Part shown: piece after piece, positions 24,038-39,287 of the stretch | How the letters are laid out: each line of letters begins with the position of its first letter | How positions within the stretch are numbered: the stretch's first letter is position 1 | Assembly (NCBI RefSeq): GCF_006345805.1 | Contig: NC_043009.1 | Span: forward strand, 18,228,001-18,292,000 | Reading direction: 5' to 3' | Length of the DNA stretch: 64,000 nucleotides | From: Octopus sinensis | Lineage: Eukaryota | Program-made: the position numbers and the translations under genes | Notes under the pieces: model-generated | Database searches by the model: none | Seen by the model: the letters and a program-made list of their open reading frames with translations, nothing else | What the model was told of the DNA's origin: nothing

Positions 24038-24153
24038 AAAAAATTAATGAGCGCGAGCGTTACATAAATAATATTTTCAGGATTAAGTGAAAAAATAACA
24101 AACGGTAAATATCACATACCTGTATATATATATATATAATATATATATATATA

Positions 24154-24184
<31 letters not shown>

Positions 24185-24197
24185 GAATATATATATA

Positions 24198-24292
<95 letters not shown>

Positions 24293-24344
24293 TATATATA
24301 TCCATATAATAAAAATGAAATGAAAAACAAACTCAAAGGATGTC

Positions 24345-24436
24345 GCAGTACACGTGTTTCGAGCTTTATAAAACAACTTATTCTTACATCAATGTATAAT
24401 CGACATAACAGATAGTTTAAAGCCCTCTTCAGCCGC
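24345..24436 (-). ncRNA. Intact minimal type I hammerhead ribozyme with extended stem II
   Basis: Minus strand reads GCGG-CTGAAGA-GGGCTTTA-(49 nt)-TAAAGCTC-GAAA-CACGTG-TA-CTGC. It has a canonical core, G10.1-C11.1, an 8-nt palindrome ACACGTGT and a GUA triplet. Confidence 0.8.
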
Positions 24437-24649
24437 ATGCAATTACTACACCAAAGACTTGTATCACATTATGAAGAGTCCGAAAAAGAACATTTGGTAT
24501 TATTCATAATGGTAGGTATATTGAGTTTCACTCAATATGTTTGTAAATCTTCATAATCAAATAGGTGTACAGGACACCAAAAACGTCCATATTGTATCAT
24601 CACTCAGTATAGAGTGAATGCTGAGTAGATTCCAGTTGGATTCATCATA

Positions 24650-24836
24650 TATATGCAATATATGCATATATATATGCATATATATATGCATATATATATA
24701 TTATAATATATATATATAATATATATATATATTATATATATATATATATAGATATATATATATTACATTATATATATATATATATATACATATATAACAT
24801 ATTATACATATATATACATATATATACATATATATA

Positions 24837-24871
<35 letters not shown>

Positions 24872-24947
24872 GATATATATATATTTACATATAATATATA
24901 TATAATATATACATATATACATATATACATATATATACATATATATA

Positions 24948-24987
<40 letters not shown>

Positions 24988-25010
24988 ATATATATGCATA
25001 TATATATAGG
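24650..25010. repeat. Long (TA)n-based microsatellite (a second one at 24120-24305)
   Basis: Directly visible. Confidence 0.95.
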
Positions 25011-25343
25011 GAAAGTAAGAAAAAAACGAAAATGCAGATTGAATATCCCCAAAATAAAGGCTTTTGTTAATGAAAAGTCGCGATAAATAAATACAATTAG
25101 GTGAACTGAAGTACAATTAGAAGTGAATAGCAATGACGACACCGGTTTGACTTTGAATCTCTTTAACAATTCAGAATAATGAATTTAATTACCCTTAATT
25201 CTAGGTAAGTTCATCTACTTTTCATTAAAAAAGGCTTTTATTTTTTTTTAAATTCAATGTGTGTGCGTTTTCGCTTTTTTCCTTCTTACTTCTCCCATAT
25301 CTTTCCACGTGTAGTTCTATTTTCTTTTTGAAGTATTTCTATT

Positions 25344-25374
<31 letters not shown>

Positions 25375-26076
25375 TATATAATATATGCATGTATATATAT
25401 AGCTATATTATATATCTACTATATATATATATACCTATATTAGATATATATATGTATTGTATGTAATTTGTATTTATGGTATGTATGGAGTATGGATGGA
25501 GATGTACGTACGTATGTATGTGTGTTGTTGTGTGTGTGGTGTGGTGTGTGTGTGTGTGTGTATAAAATTTTTAAAGCGTGTAGATAAACGAGCATATACT
25601 AAATACACAGACGAACGGAAAACACAGAGAGCCACCAACTCCTCTTCAGTTATCGGTCAGAGGGTCGAACGCAATTTTGGTCATTATCGATAATAGTGCT
25701 TCCACTTTGAAGGCACCGGCAAAAAACTTGCCAGGAATGGGACCAAAACATAAGAAAACGAGACGGGCTCGAGACGAGACCGTTAGTAGACGGACGAGGG
25801 ACAAAACAAGCAGAATAAAAGCTTATGGCTACATATATATCCTTGCTATTATGTTAAACTGTCGTATGTCCAACTTTGGTCGAATGCATTTTTTTGCAAT
25901 ATTTATTTTTGCTTGTCGGTTCTTTTAGTCAAACTATTGCACGTCCAGCTGCTTCAGATGCCAAGATATCACAAAAAGTCAAAGTGGTTTTGCTTTGGAA
26001 TGGCGAAACTAATTTTTCGTTTTCTGAAAAAGCAACGTTTTAGACTTACGACACTTTTGGATAATAGCAACGAACG

Positions 26077-26340
<264 letters not shown>

Positions 26341-26751
26341 TATAGTTCAGCGCAGTCACATTTTAGCCAAATCATCGTCGTTACTCTTCGCCAGAAATTA
26401 AAAAAATGACAATATTGACCTTTATTTGAAGATTACCTGAGTGGTGGGTGGGGAGCGGCTTTCTTCCGCTCTGATTATTTCACCCTTTCTTTTATACTAA
26501 CTCTTGTTTCTTTTATTCTCCTCGTCTTATTTTCTCTCTCTACTCTCTCTGGCTCTCATTTATCTATTTCTGTCTTCTAATCACTCCCTACTTTCTTTTC
26601 CTACTTTTCCCCTCACTTCTTCTTCACTTTTTCCCATCTACTTTCATTGCACTCTCCGTCTATCTTCCCCGTCCCCCATCCTCTTTATATATTTCAGTAC
26701 CCACCCCGTCCCCACACTCTTTCTTCCTCTGCCTGTCATCTGACATCTAAC

Positions 26752-26826
<75 letters not shown>

Positions 26827-28299
26827 CATATATATATATATATATATCTTATCACTGCAAAGACGGCCTTCATCAGGTAACTGAATGCTACACGATATCT
26901 ACCCGTCCTCTATTCGTGGCACGTCATTTGTACACATATATAACTTTCATGTCACTTATCTGCCGGGTGTAAGATAACTAAAGCAGTGTACAACCCACCA
27001 CACCACTCCAGCTCCGAGACACAGAGACAGACATTGTAAGTATGTCCTGTTGTGGAACCTATCTTCTCGATTTCCGTTGGATCTGATTACCGGCAAGGAG
27101 GGACAGGACAAGAACGAATACAAGAATGTTAATACGAATCAAAACAACAAAAATAATAGCTGCAACAATAATATCGAGTATAGCAGCAACAACAATACCA
27201 TGGGTTTGTTCGATCGCAGCTGACCTCTGGCTATATACCAACGAGAAATAATGAAAAGCTCTGTCCTGTAAACAGCGTGTAGAATTCGCTGTGTAAATGT
27301 GTGTTTACGTGTGTACGTATGAACTTTGTGTAGACGGGTGTGAGGTATATAAAGGCATATGTAGGCATATAGGTGTACGTGTATAGGTGCCTGTGTGTAC
27401 ATACTTAAGTGCTAGTCATACTGGTCTCGTTTGATAAGCGTCAAAAGTCGTATATTTTGGGAACAGGGACATCCATTACTTTCCTAAGTGTAAATAAAAT
27501 GAAATGGATTCGAGGGACATTGGGAACCGCGTTAGGGATTGGAGTCGCCCAGTCATTGTCTCTTATATATGAGCTTAGTGTTGACTTCAAAAATGCCGTT
27601 AATGTTCTTAAATGTCACACAACCCGGTTTTACCAAATCCTAAAATATAAAAAATGGTTAATGGTTCAGTCTGAAGAGGTAGGGTGTTACCCATAATGCC
27701 CTTCTTAGTTCCTGAAACTAATGGTTAGAAGGAAGAAAGTTATAGGCAGGCCAGACACCTTGCGTAAATGTTTGCAACATAATGTACTCTGTTAGAGGTA
27801 CTCACGAGCGAGAAGATAGTATTAAACCGAGCTTCAGTTTAAAACTACCCCACCAAAAAGTTCCTTCGACGGTCGGCTCGAATAGGCTCAAACACGAAAC
27901 CACATGGGTGCCAAATAAATTTCTTAACCACACAGCTATATCTGCACACTTTGATTTTTTCGAGTCAAGCTTCAAATCATTAAGATATGGAATATATACT
28001 TCATACTGTTATTGTCGAACCACTGTATCCGATGGTGTCATTTTTTAATCCCTTGATTGACCAGGTCGTCTTCATTACCATAACATGTATGTATTACTGA
28101 CTAATGAATTTATTTTGTCTTCTGTTTAAGTCAAGACCATATTAGTAGCACTACAGGCTCTTGGGAAATTCCATGCACTGGGTCGTATAGCATTTATTTA
28201 TAGACCGCAAGCCATGGTATGTACAGATTAGCATTAAGCCTAGTCTCGTAAGTCCCTTGTTTTAATCATTGGTTTTAGACTCGTGAGCACAACTGGTTT

Positions 28300-28665
28300 T
28301 AATCATTGGACTGCGGCCATACTGAGGCATCGCCTTGAAGGAGTTAACTGAACAAATTGACCACAGTACTTTTTTTAAGGTCTAGTACTTATTCTACCGC
28401 TCTCTTTTGCCTTACCGCTAATTTATGGAGACGTAAACACCCTAACACCGATTATGATGTGGTATGGGGGAGAAACTGAACTAAGACACAAAGACACACA
28501 CACATGTACGGCAGATTTCTTCACAGTTACCGTCAACCAAATTCCCTCTCAATGCCTTGTTTGGCCCGAGGCTATAGTAGAAGACCCTTGCCCAAGGTGC
28601 CGCGCAGTGGGACTGAACAGGAAATGACGTAGTCGCAAAGCAAGATTCTTAGCTACGCAGCCATA
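28300..28665 (-). mobile_element. SINE family B, near full length
   Basis: Contains GGCCCGAGGCTATAGTAGAAGACCCTTGCCCAAGGTGCCGCGCAGTGGGACTGAAC (reverse complement of the head) and the 3' segment. Confidence 0.85.
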
Positions 28666-30150
28666 CATCTTTTATATTTTACAGCATTTCCATCATGTAA
28701 ACGACTTTTCCGCTTGATCTACTATTGATGAATAGGTACCCGTTCCATTAAAAACTACAATACTAAACTTTTTAACACAAGAAATCGCCTTCCTCAGCAA
28801 GTTACTGTACTGCTTGTAACGATTATCTGCTTAATGGTGACTGTCTGGGAAAGTCATTAATATACTGAGCCAGACTATATCTAAACAGCAATTTTAGGTC
28901 AAAATCCTACAATATTTTAACTGAATATGACTTTAAAGCACGTTTTTACCAGCATAAACATTCTTTTATTCACCTCAACAGGAAAGTTTTGGCAGCTCTT
29001 TACAAGTATATTTTGTTCTTGAGAGTGTTAAGTTTACAAACGCTAAAAGTCTGGATATGAGAGTTATGTAAGAGAGAGAAAAAGGACCGAGTCTGAACGA
29101 AACAATTCTTTTATAGTTTGTGATTATTCTGCAGTAGGAATAGATTGCATTCAGATATATGTCTGTGTTATTCCAAAAATATTTGGAGCAGATATTTGAC
29201 TGCGTTCTTTATAATCACACACACACAATTGCCAGCATACACAACTTTTTGTATCTCCAAACACACATTCACACACACGCGCACACACATACATATGCAT
29301 GTGCATGCTCACGCACAAATATGCATGTTTCTAGTTGCTTTAAGCTTCTTTCCTTTACAGAATTCAAGCCGGAGTTTGTGGTTACCTGAATCGGTTGAGA
29401 TATGCATATATGCGTACATTGCATGTGCATGTGGATAAAATTGCGCTCGTGGGTATGCCTGCTACAACAGAACAGAAGTGTGAATGTCTCCTTACTGTTT
29501 ACATGAATTTATATGGAATGTGCATGTATTCCATGTGTATATAGGGTTGTGTGCATATGTTCACTCAGGAGCTCCAAATGTAGAATCCTGGCAATGTTTT
29601 ACGAATTTTCGCCGTTCGACTGTATTTGGAGAAAGTGAATCAGTCTGCTCTGAATTTTATTTATTATTTTTTTCTTTTGAGAACCCAACCAATTGTAGGT
29701 TTCTATGCAGATTAACCAAATGTACGCATGACAATAGGGACAAATAAAAACCCATAAACAGGATATAAAAGCTGCTGTTTCCTATCAGTTCTCCATAGAC
29801 GTTTTCCTTTTCCAATTTTTGAACAGACATTCACATTTACTTACGTCTGCATGCATAACACATACAAACATACACACACATCCATCGCGCACGCATACAC
29901 ATACACACACATACGTGTTCCCATTTCAGTCTTTCAGTCTTCTGTAGTTTCTTCATTTTATCTCGTCCATAGTGAAGAAAACCGCGGACTGAAAGTGTCG
30001 CTTCAGTTATATTTATTTCTACATTTTATAAAATACTTCCGAGATTGAGTAAAATGATCAAAGACAAAAGATCAGAGACAAAAATCAGAACCAATTATAA
30101 TCGAAGGGTCTTCGATAAGTGAAGTGATAAGAAAACTGCTGGAGAATCTG

Positions 30151-30280
30151 TGTATAAGAAGATCTATATGTATCTCCTCAGGCGATACTCAGTTGCTGTC
30201 TCCGTAAGTAAATTTAGGTTTACTTGTGGAGACAGCAACTGAGTATCGCACGAGGAGATACATATAGATCTTCTTATACA
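30151..30280. repeat. Near-perfect fold-back inverted repeat (62-nt arms, 6-nt loop)
   Basis: 30151-30212 against the reverse complement of 30219-30280 is 58/62 identical. The loop is TTTAGG. Confidence 0.95.
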
Positions 30281-30612
30281 GGTAAATCATTACATAATTT
30301 AATTTAAACTCAACTTTAAATCCTGTATATACGAGGGTCTGTATGTACCGAAACATTTGTAGCGATTAAAAGGATGCCTAACCGTGCTTACTCTTTCTCT
30401 TGACTGTTTTACTTTTACTTTATATATTATATATATATTATATAATATATATATATTATATGTAGAAAAATACAAACTGGGACAAGAACGTAAAACATTT
30501 AGAAGACGATACAAAAAACTTCAATCTTCGGTCAAGAACCGGATCATCCTAGCAATTTCGGCTGATTAATCTTATATATATATATATATATATATAAATA
30601 TATTATATATAT

Positions 30613-30644
<32 letters not shown>

Positions 30645-30648
30645 ATAT

Positions 30649-31526
<878 letters not shown>

Positions 31527-31569
31527 CGGTGCCCCAGCATGGCCACAGCTCATTAGCTGAAACTGGAAA

Positions 31570-31611
<42 letters not shown>

Positions 31612-31824
31612 GTGTGTTTATATATATATATTATTATATATATATATATATATATACACATACACACGCACACGTGTGGACATACACACACACACGCGCG
31701 CGCGCGCGTGCACGTACACACTCAAACACATGCACACACATATGTATGCATTCCTCAATGTACGCAAGTTCGATTTGCACGAAGCACATTGAAATAATCC
31801 TCTCTGTAAACCGTGCATCTAACA

Positions 31825-31870
<46 letters not shown>

Positions 31871-31895
31871 ATCTATCTCTCCCTATATATATATA

Positions 31896-31962
<67 letters not shown>

Positions 31963-32730
31963 ATATACACATACACACACACACAAATCCGTAATATAAG
32001 ATATAGATTCAGAGAACCGCATGGCTATCACAGTAGCTCCTCTTGTGGACTCGCTATCAGTCCACGTTGTAATCAATTACAAAGTATTTGTAATGTCAAT
32101 TATAAATCAAGCTGAAAATCCAGAAAATCCGACCGGTAAAATTATTCTGTAAGGTGAATACATATTTATCTAACCACGTGACTTGCATAGGGTTACACCT
32201 GTTTCAGTATACAAGAAATTATGCAAACATGTTTGCAGTAATATGTTCCCCGGAATATGATTACATCAAGAGTTGAATTCTAAATATTCACACAAACTGC
32301 AGCTACGAATTCTGTAGAATCTTCAATTACCTGTGTAATTGATTACTTAAAAATGCTTCGATATTATTTGCTAATATTTATATAATTTATAAGTTTTTTT
32401 AACCTTATCTGCTATTTTTATTGCTGTTTTTTTGTTCTTCTTGTTATCTTGCTTAAATTAAGAACAGCCAGTTCCTCATTTCTACCTAGCGTGATTGATA
32501 CGAGGGCATTCATATGTGAAGAAAGTATTTTTTATAATATCAACACAATATATCTTGACCGGGTTGCTTACCTTTTATTGACCAAATCAATGTAATTTTG
32601 TCCAGTTCAGGCTTTCCATATGTTGTATATATAAAGAGCGAATGAAACCAAGATGTTCTGGTATTCTGATGAGCTAGCTTTCTTTATTTACATCAGTTTG
32701 TAAATATACAGTTATATTGTATAATGCTGA

Positions 32731-32765
<35 letters not shown>

Positions 32766-33072
32766 GAAATATGAATTAGAGATAAAACCACTATTATGTA
32801 ACTCAAACAGTGATAGACATAACCAATACATAAATAACAAATGATATATATATAATTAATATAATATATTATATATATATATATAAATGTATAAAAAGAT
32901 TTTTTCAAAATGTATAAAAAATTATAAATATAATATAAGTAAAAACACTGCGTACGTTTCATGGCTATAATTAAATTCGAATTGCAATTAAGTTTAAATT
33001 CAATTCGAACTAAAATTATAGTCATTGACTATAATTTTAGTTCGAATTTATTTCAGTTGAACACACGCACAC

Positions 33073-33110
<38 letters not shown>

Positions 33111-34422
33111 ACACACAACACACACATGCCCGACATCACCTCGTATTAAGGACAATTGTCGATGTTTTATTTAAACATTGATCGTTCAACACGAATGGAA
33201 ATAAAGTTTTTTTAACTGTTCTTCTCCCTCTCTCTCTATGTCTCTCTACATATATACACATAACTTACCGCTACCTTTCCAACGACAAGTCAGAAGCGTG
33301 TTGAATTGTGAACGAAGAAACATGACTTTTTCCTCCTTATTTTGAAATGTTGTCTACCTTGAATTACCAATTGATGTGGATGAATTAAAGTAAATACATT
33401 TTAAAGTAAAGCATATTTTTTTCAATAAAAATATGGAATACGCAGCTGAAGAATGTAATGTGTACTAAATCTAAATTTAAATAATTTTTTAAAATTGATT
33501 TATTTAGTTTGCACCTTAAACATGAAAGCAGTCCTGCATTAACCAGGCTAACTTTAAAATAGACTTAATTCATTTCGCCTGTCTTACATCATTTCGTATC
33601 AAGGAGAATTGTCGATGTTTTATTTAAACATTGATCATTCAGCTCGCATGACTGCTCTTCTCCCCCACCTCTCTCTCTATATATATTCATATGAAGTCAT
33701 ATAAAGAAATGTAAAAGAATAAAAGAATCGATTTACAGGCGAACAAATGGACATTCAATAACTATAGTAAAAATGAAATAATAATATACTAAACTCGCGA
33801 AGTAAAAGTGTTAAAATTTATGTATAATGTGTGTGTGTATGTGTGTGTGTGCGGTGATTGCTTCATTTTCAAATACGACTGTCGTCTCGCTAAGCGTCGT
33901 CGTTGTTAATGGAATTTCTGACATTCCGTATATGACCTTTCAGATGACTTCAGTTCCGCTGCAGATTTGCATAGTTTGAAGCATACGCGACAGACGAGAG
34001 TTCTAACTTCCACAGGTCTGTGAGATATGATCCCTGTGAATTGCCCTATGGCCATTCAGACCCGAAATCGACATGCAGGTATTTTCACACTCATATGCAC
34101 CAGACACACGCAAACATACACTCCGTTTCACACACATTAATTTTATTGAAATGCTTACATACATATTTGACGATGACAGAATATTCGTTCTCCTTAAAAA
34201 AATGGCACAGTATTGCGGTAATCCTGTTCAGTTGCAAGAACGAACCTGAGAGAGTGAGAAAGAGAGAGTTGTGGGGTAATAATAAATGACTCGGCGAGTT
34301 GTTCGAAGGTCATTGCGAAGAGATGGGTGGTGTGGGGGAGAGATAAAGGGAAGAGTATTGAGATAGGGGGCTTGAATCACTCTGTTCACACAAGTAAAGT
34401 CACGCACACACTAACAACATAC

Positions 34423-34830
<408 letters not shown>

Positions 34831-35466
34831 AGCTAGACAAGCAGATATTTATACACACACATATATTTATTTATATTTTTATTTTGTCCACTGATAAGAT
34901 CATTAATTGATTTTATCCTTAATTATGTATGCACATATATTTTATTTATTCACTCCGATCCTGCTATTTACTGCGATATTATCTTGATCAAATACGTACG
35001 AGGTTGAGATGAATAGTCGTATTTGACTCGTTTATACGTGTGGATATATGTACATATTTGTAGATATACGAATGTATTTGTATGGATATGTTTACATATT
35101 TATATTTATGTACTTCTGGTATATTCTACTGATGACAGTAAAGTAATTTGTTTTACAAAATCAGAAATCGGACGATGAAGAATTAACCCCAAAATTTTAC
35201 TAAATCTCTTTTATTCATTTGCTCGCTTTCAGCCTTGTGTTAATGGAATGTAATTTGAAGCGGTTTTTGGAGTCTTTCGACATCTACCTCTAGCTTGTAA
35301 GGGTACTGTTTCTCAGTACCCTTACTTATAATTATATCTGTATAATTACAAATTTATATTAGTGTTTACCTCGATGGTTTTTATTACATGCTGGCACTGA
35401 TAAGATCGTTATTGGATTTTATCCTTCATTATGTGTGCATACATACACACACACATACATACATGC

Positions 35467-35541
<75 letters not shown>

Positions 35542-36326
35542 CAGTCTGTATGAATGCAATTACGCAAATGAACACATAAAAGAGTGAAAACTCATCTCTT
35601 GCACAGCCAGGTTCACAGCATTATTTCGAGTTACAGTTTTTCACTGACGCTTTTGCGAAAATTTTATACATCAGAACACGAGTTTTAGTGTCACCTAAAA
35701 TTAATATGGCAGATCACCTGTTACTAGATCCGTCCAACACTGAATTGTTATATAACCGTCATATACTACGTGTTACTTGGGTTGCTACTGCATTTTCAGA
35801 TCGTGCATAGAGCTTCATAAATATACTTAGCTATATGGAAGTGACGCCCATAATCTATCGGGACTTTGTGTCATTTATCTAGAGTAAGTCCCTTTGAGCG
35901 AGCAGATCTGTCCCTCCTGGTGATACCTCACCAAACGGGAGTTGAATTAAATGTTGATAAAATACCTTTCGTCATATTTATAAGGTAACTAAATCTCAGT
36001 GTGTCCTTTATTATCATAGCTAAACAGAAAGAAAACGACCGGAATAGAGAAATCATACAGAGATGCCCACGAACTGAAGGTCCTTCATTTGACTGCCGCT
36101 TATCTTCCTGATGGGATACTTTCTTGTATTTAGGGCATTAGATTGGCAACTATCAGACCAAATACCCAACAATTATTGAGTCCATTTCCTGGTGAGTTCT
36201 TTCTTGCATAATATCATGCTAGGGTTGATAATGTCCAAAGGTGGCAGATACAAGGCCAAATTTATTAACTATATCCTACCCTTAAAATTTGAGTACTTGT
36301 GCCAATATATATATATATATAATATA

Positions 36327-36368
<42 letters not shown>

Positions 36369-37358
36369 CGCACTTATGTTTTAAGAAGTTTGGGAGGAAG
36401 GAAAGAAAATTCGTAAGGACCTGTATTGATTAAGCTTTTAGACAACATGAGAAATATGGATCTCATTTACAAGCAAGCTCTATCACTGGAAACATGGGAA
36501 AAACATTAGATTTAAAGAAAGATTAGGACGTATGCCAACGGGTAGTAATTTGAGATTCTAACTAGGTTTCGACACTCTGCCAAATATTTTGCTAATTTCA
36601 AGAATAATTGCATTGTGTTTTTGGCTCGATGTTTTATGGAGTCGATACAATTCTCGCCTTAATATATTCTCGGGATGATCCCCGTGAATATATGGTAGTC
36701 ATACATCAAGGTTCGGATCTGAGCCAACAAGGTTCTATCTACGTTAGAAGGTATTTTATTGGAAGTTTGCAAATATAAACATATTTTGACTACAGAAAGA
36801 AAAAAAATGGCTACTAAACTTGTTTTGTTGAATCAACGGTTGTATATAACTGGTATTGGATTAAAGGTGAAGTCAACTCCACTGGAATGTGTACCATTAA
36901 ATGTGGGGCTCAAAAATATCCTACCGACACATGATATATAGAGCTTGTGAATTCAGACGTGATGTTTTGGGACAAAGCCATCAATTTATACACGAGACAA
37001 AAACAACATTGACAACTCTGCCAATGGCCCTAAAGGTGGCAATGGAAAGCTTGGAGTAATCCAAGACTGGAACCATTCAGTAGTCTACGTTTGCCGGGAG
37101 CGTACTCTTTGATATCGACATGTTAACCTTTAATGCTCTTATCGCCTGGCAGCTGCTAGAAACAAGACGAGAAACAACAGAAGTAACATTACGACGACAA
37201 AAGAAGAACAACAAAAATATTTGCCAACGGCATTTAAGAACAACTGCAGCAATAAGAACAGCAAGAATAAGCTGCGGCAGCAGCAACAGCAGCAGCTGAA
37301 GCAGAAGCAGTCGTAACCGTAACAAGAACAGCAATACAAGCAGAAGTAAAGTAGCAAG

Positions 37359-37414
<56 letters not shown>

Positions 37415-37415
37415 G

Positions 37416-37449
<34 letters not shown>

Positions 37450-37450
37450 G

Positions 37451-37481
<31 letters not shown>

Positions 37482-37976
37482 GGAAAGAGAGAAGGAGAAA
37501 GAGAGAAAGGGAGTAGAGAGAGAGGATTGTGTTGGTATATAAATGGTGTAAATGGTTGACATAGCTGTGTTCTCATCAGTATATAAGCTCTGTAGCTCTA
37601 ATTCGCTATTCTACCTGGAACAGAACAAAATACTAAATACTTTTGTTGCTTCTTTCTCTTTATGTTGTTTCTTTTTTACTGTTATTTATTGTGTTCACTC
37701 AGCTGCCGTCACTTTATGTTCCAAATAGTTGAGAAAAAAATTAGGAATGCCAAAGCTGTCGGTAAGATATATATATATATATATACTTACACACACACAC
37801 ACACACACATATATATACACAGACACAGAGACAAACAGACACACACACACGTTCGTGTGTGTGTGTAATATATTTATGATATATAGATATATACACATAT
37901 ATGTGTTTTCATGTGTGGGTATATTTATGTATGTAAATATATAGGTATGCATGAATGTAACAAACATAGACATATA

Positions 37977-38043
<67 letters not shown>

Positions 38044-38356
38044 CTATTTTAGTGAGGTTTCTAGACAATAGATAATCTGAGCAACTGCACCTTAGAAATT
38101 CGTCGCTAGTGAGGTAAGCCTGAGCCATATTTTTGCGGACACCAATGTACCTGCGCTTGTAATTCTCCTCTCTCGACTTTATAAATGTTAACAAGGAGAC
38201 GTCTCGCTGCCTTAAAGCCAATTCCAGCGTGGAATCAATGTCATTGAAGGTGTTCTATATGTATACATACATGCAATCACATCCGCATAAATATGCATAG
38301 CACACTCACATACATGAGTGTCTGGTTTTAGAAATGAAGAACACACACGCACACAC

Positions 38357-38401
<45 letters not shown>

Positions 38402-38489
38402 CGCACGCACATATATACACAGATGTGTATGTGTGTGTGTGTATGTATATATCTATATCTATCTACACACACACACACACTAATATACT

Positions 38490-38900
38490 TAATTCTTTTA
38501 GTCTTTTTCTTGTTTCAGTCACTAGACTGCGACCATGCTGGGGCATCGCTTTGAATGTTTTATATTCTTTTTGTTGAACGAATCGGTCTCAAGGCTTATT
38601 ATTTTAAGCCAGGTACTTATTCTATTACGCCTCTTTGGCCGAACCGCTAAGTTACGAGGAAGCACATACTCCAACACCGGATTCCAAACGATGGGTGGGT
38701 GGGGGACAAAGACAGACACACATGGATATACATACATGCGTGTATATATATGCGACGGCTTCTTTCAGTTTCCGTCTACCAAATCCATTCACAAGGATTT
38801 GGTCAGCCCGAGGCAATAGTAGAAGACACTTGCCCAAGGTGCCACGCAGTGGGACTGAATCATGTGTTTGGGAAATGAGCTTCTTACCACACAGCCACGT
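38490..38900 (-). mobile_element. SINE family B, near full length
   Basis: Head, central and tail segments are all present in reverse complement. Confidence 0.9.
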
Positions 38901-39027
38901 CTATGCATATATAGATATATACATGTAAATATAAATATATATATGTGTGTGTATGAGCATAATACACAGACACATATTTATATATATACATACATACACA
39001 TACACACACACACATATATATATATAT

Positions 39028-39213
39028 ATTACGGAGATATACTTGCATAGCAAGTGACTTGGTCTGAGATCGTGTGCTGAAACAAAAACAGTTGCTGCGT
39101 GGAAGATGTTTATAAGCCATTTAAGAACACACAAAATACCGTTAGATTCACTTCAACATTTAAATTTAATTTATGTCAAAGTATTTTCGTTGCTTGAAAC
39201 CGCGACTGACAAA
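39028..39213 (-). mobile_element. Second copy of the G3:C8-hammerhead repeat, core deleted
   Basis: Collinear with 7645-7834. It reads GCGAC|TGACAAA on the plus strand, so it lacks the 8 nt CTGATCAC. Confidence 0.75.
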
Positions 39214-39287
39214 GCTTCGAGATGCATAACAGGTAGCGGTTTCAAAGCATTTGTCGTATTTATTTGTATATAAGTTAGTCCCGAGTC

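Noticed and set aside
25620-25655. Minus-strand CTGAAGA-GGAG-TTGGTGG-CTCT hammerhead-like start
   Set aside because: There is no GAAA, stem III or cleavage triplet after the stem.
32660-32690. CTGATGA followed by GCTAGC-TTTC
   Set aside because: The sequence after the stem is TTTC rather than GAAA, so the geometry is incompatible with a hammerhead.
35800-36191. Two plus-strand AG...GTAAGT/GTGAGT-bounded segments (35800-35883 and 36134-36191)
   Set aside because: The first is closed in all frames. The second is only 58 nt with an unrecognised peptide, so it is not distinguishable from chance.
36964-37111. Plus-strand peptide GGNGKLGVIQDWNHSVVYV loosely resembling a Mib/Herc2 domain
   Set aside because: It needs gaps to align, lacks the flanking W-x-W and YR motifs, is bounded by stops and has no convincing splice sites.
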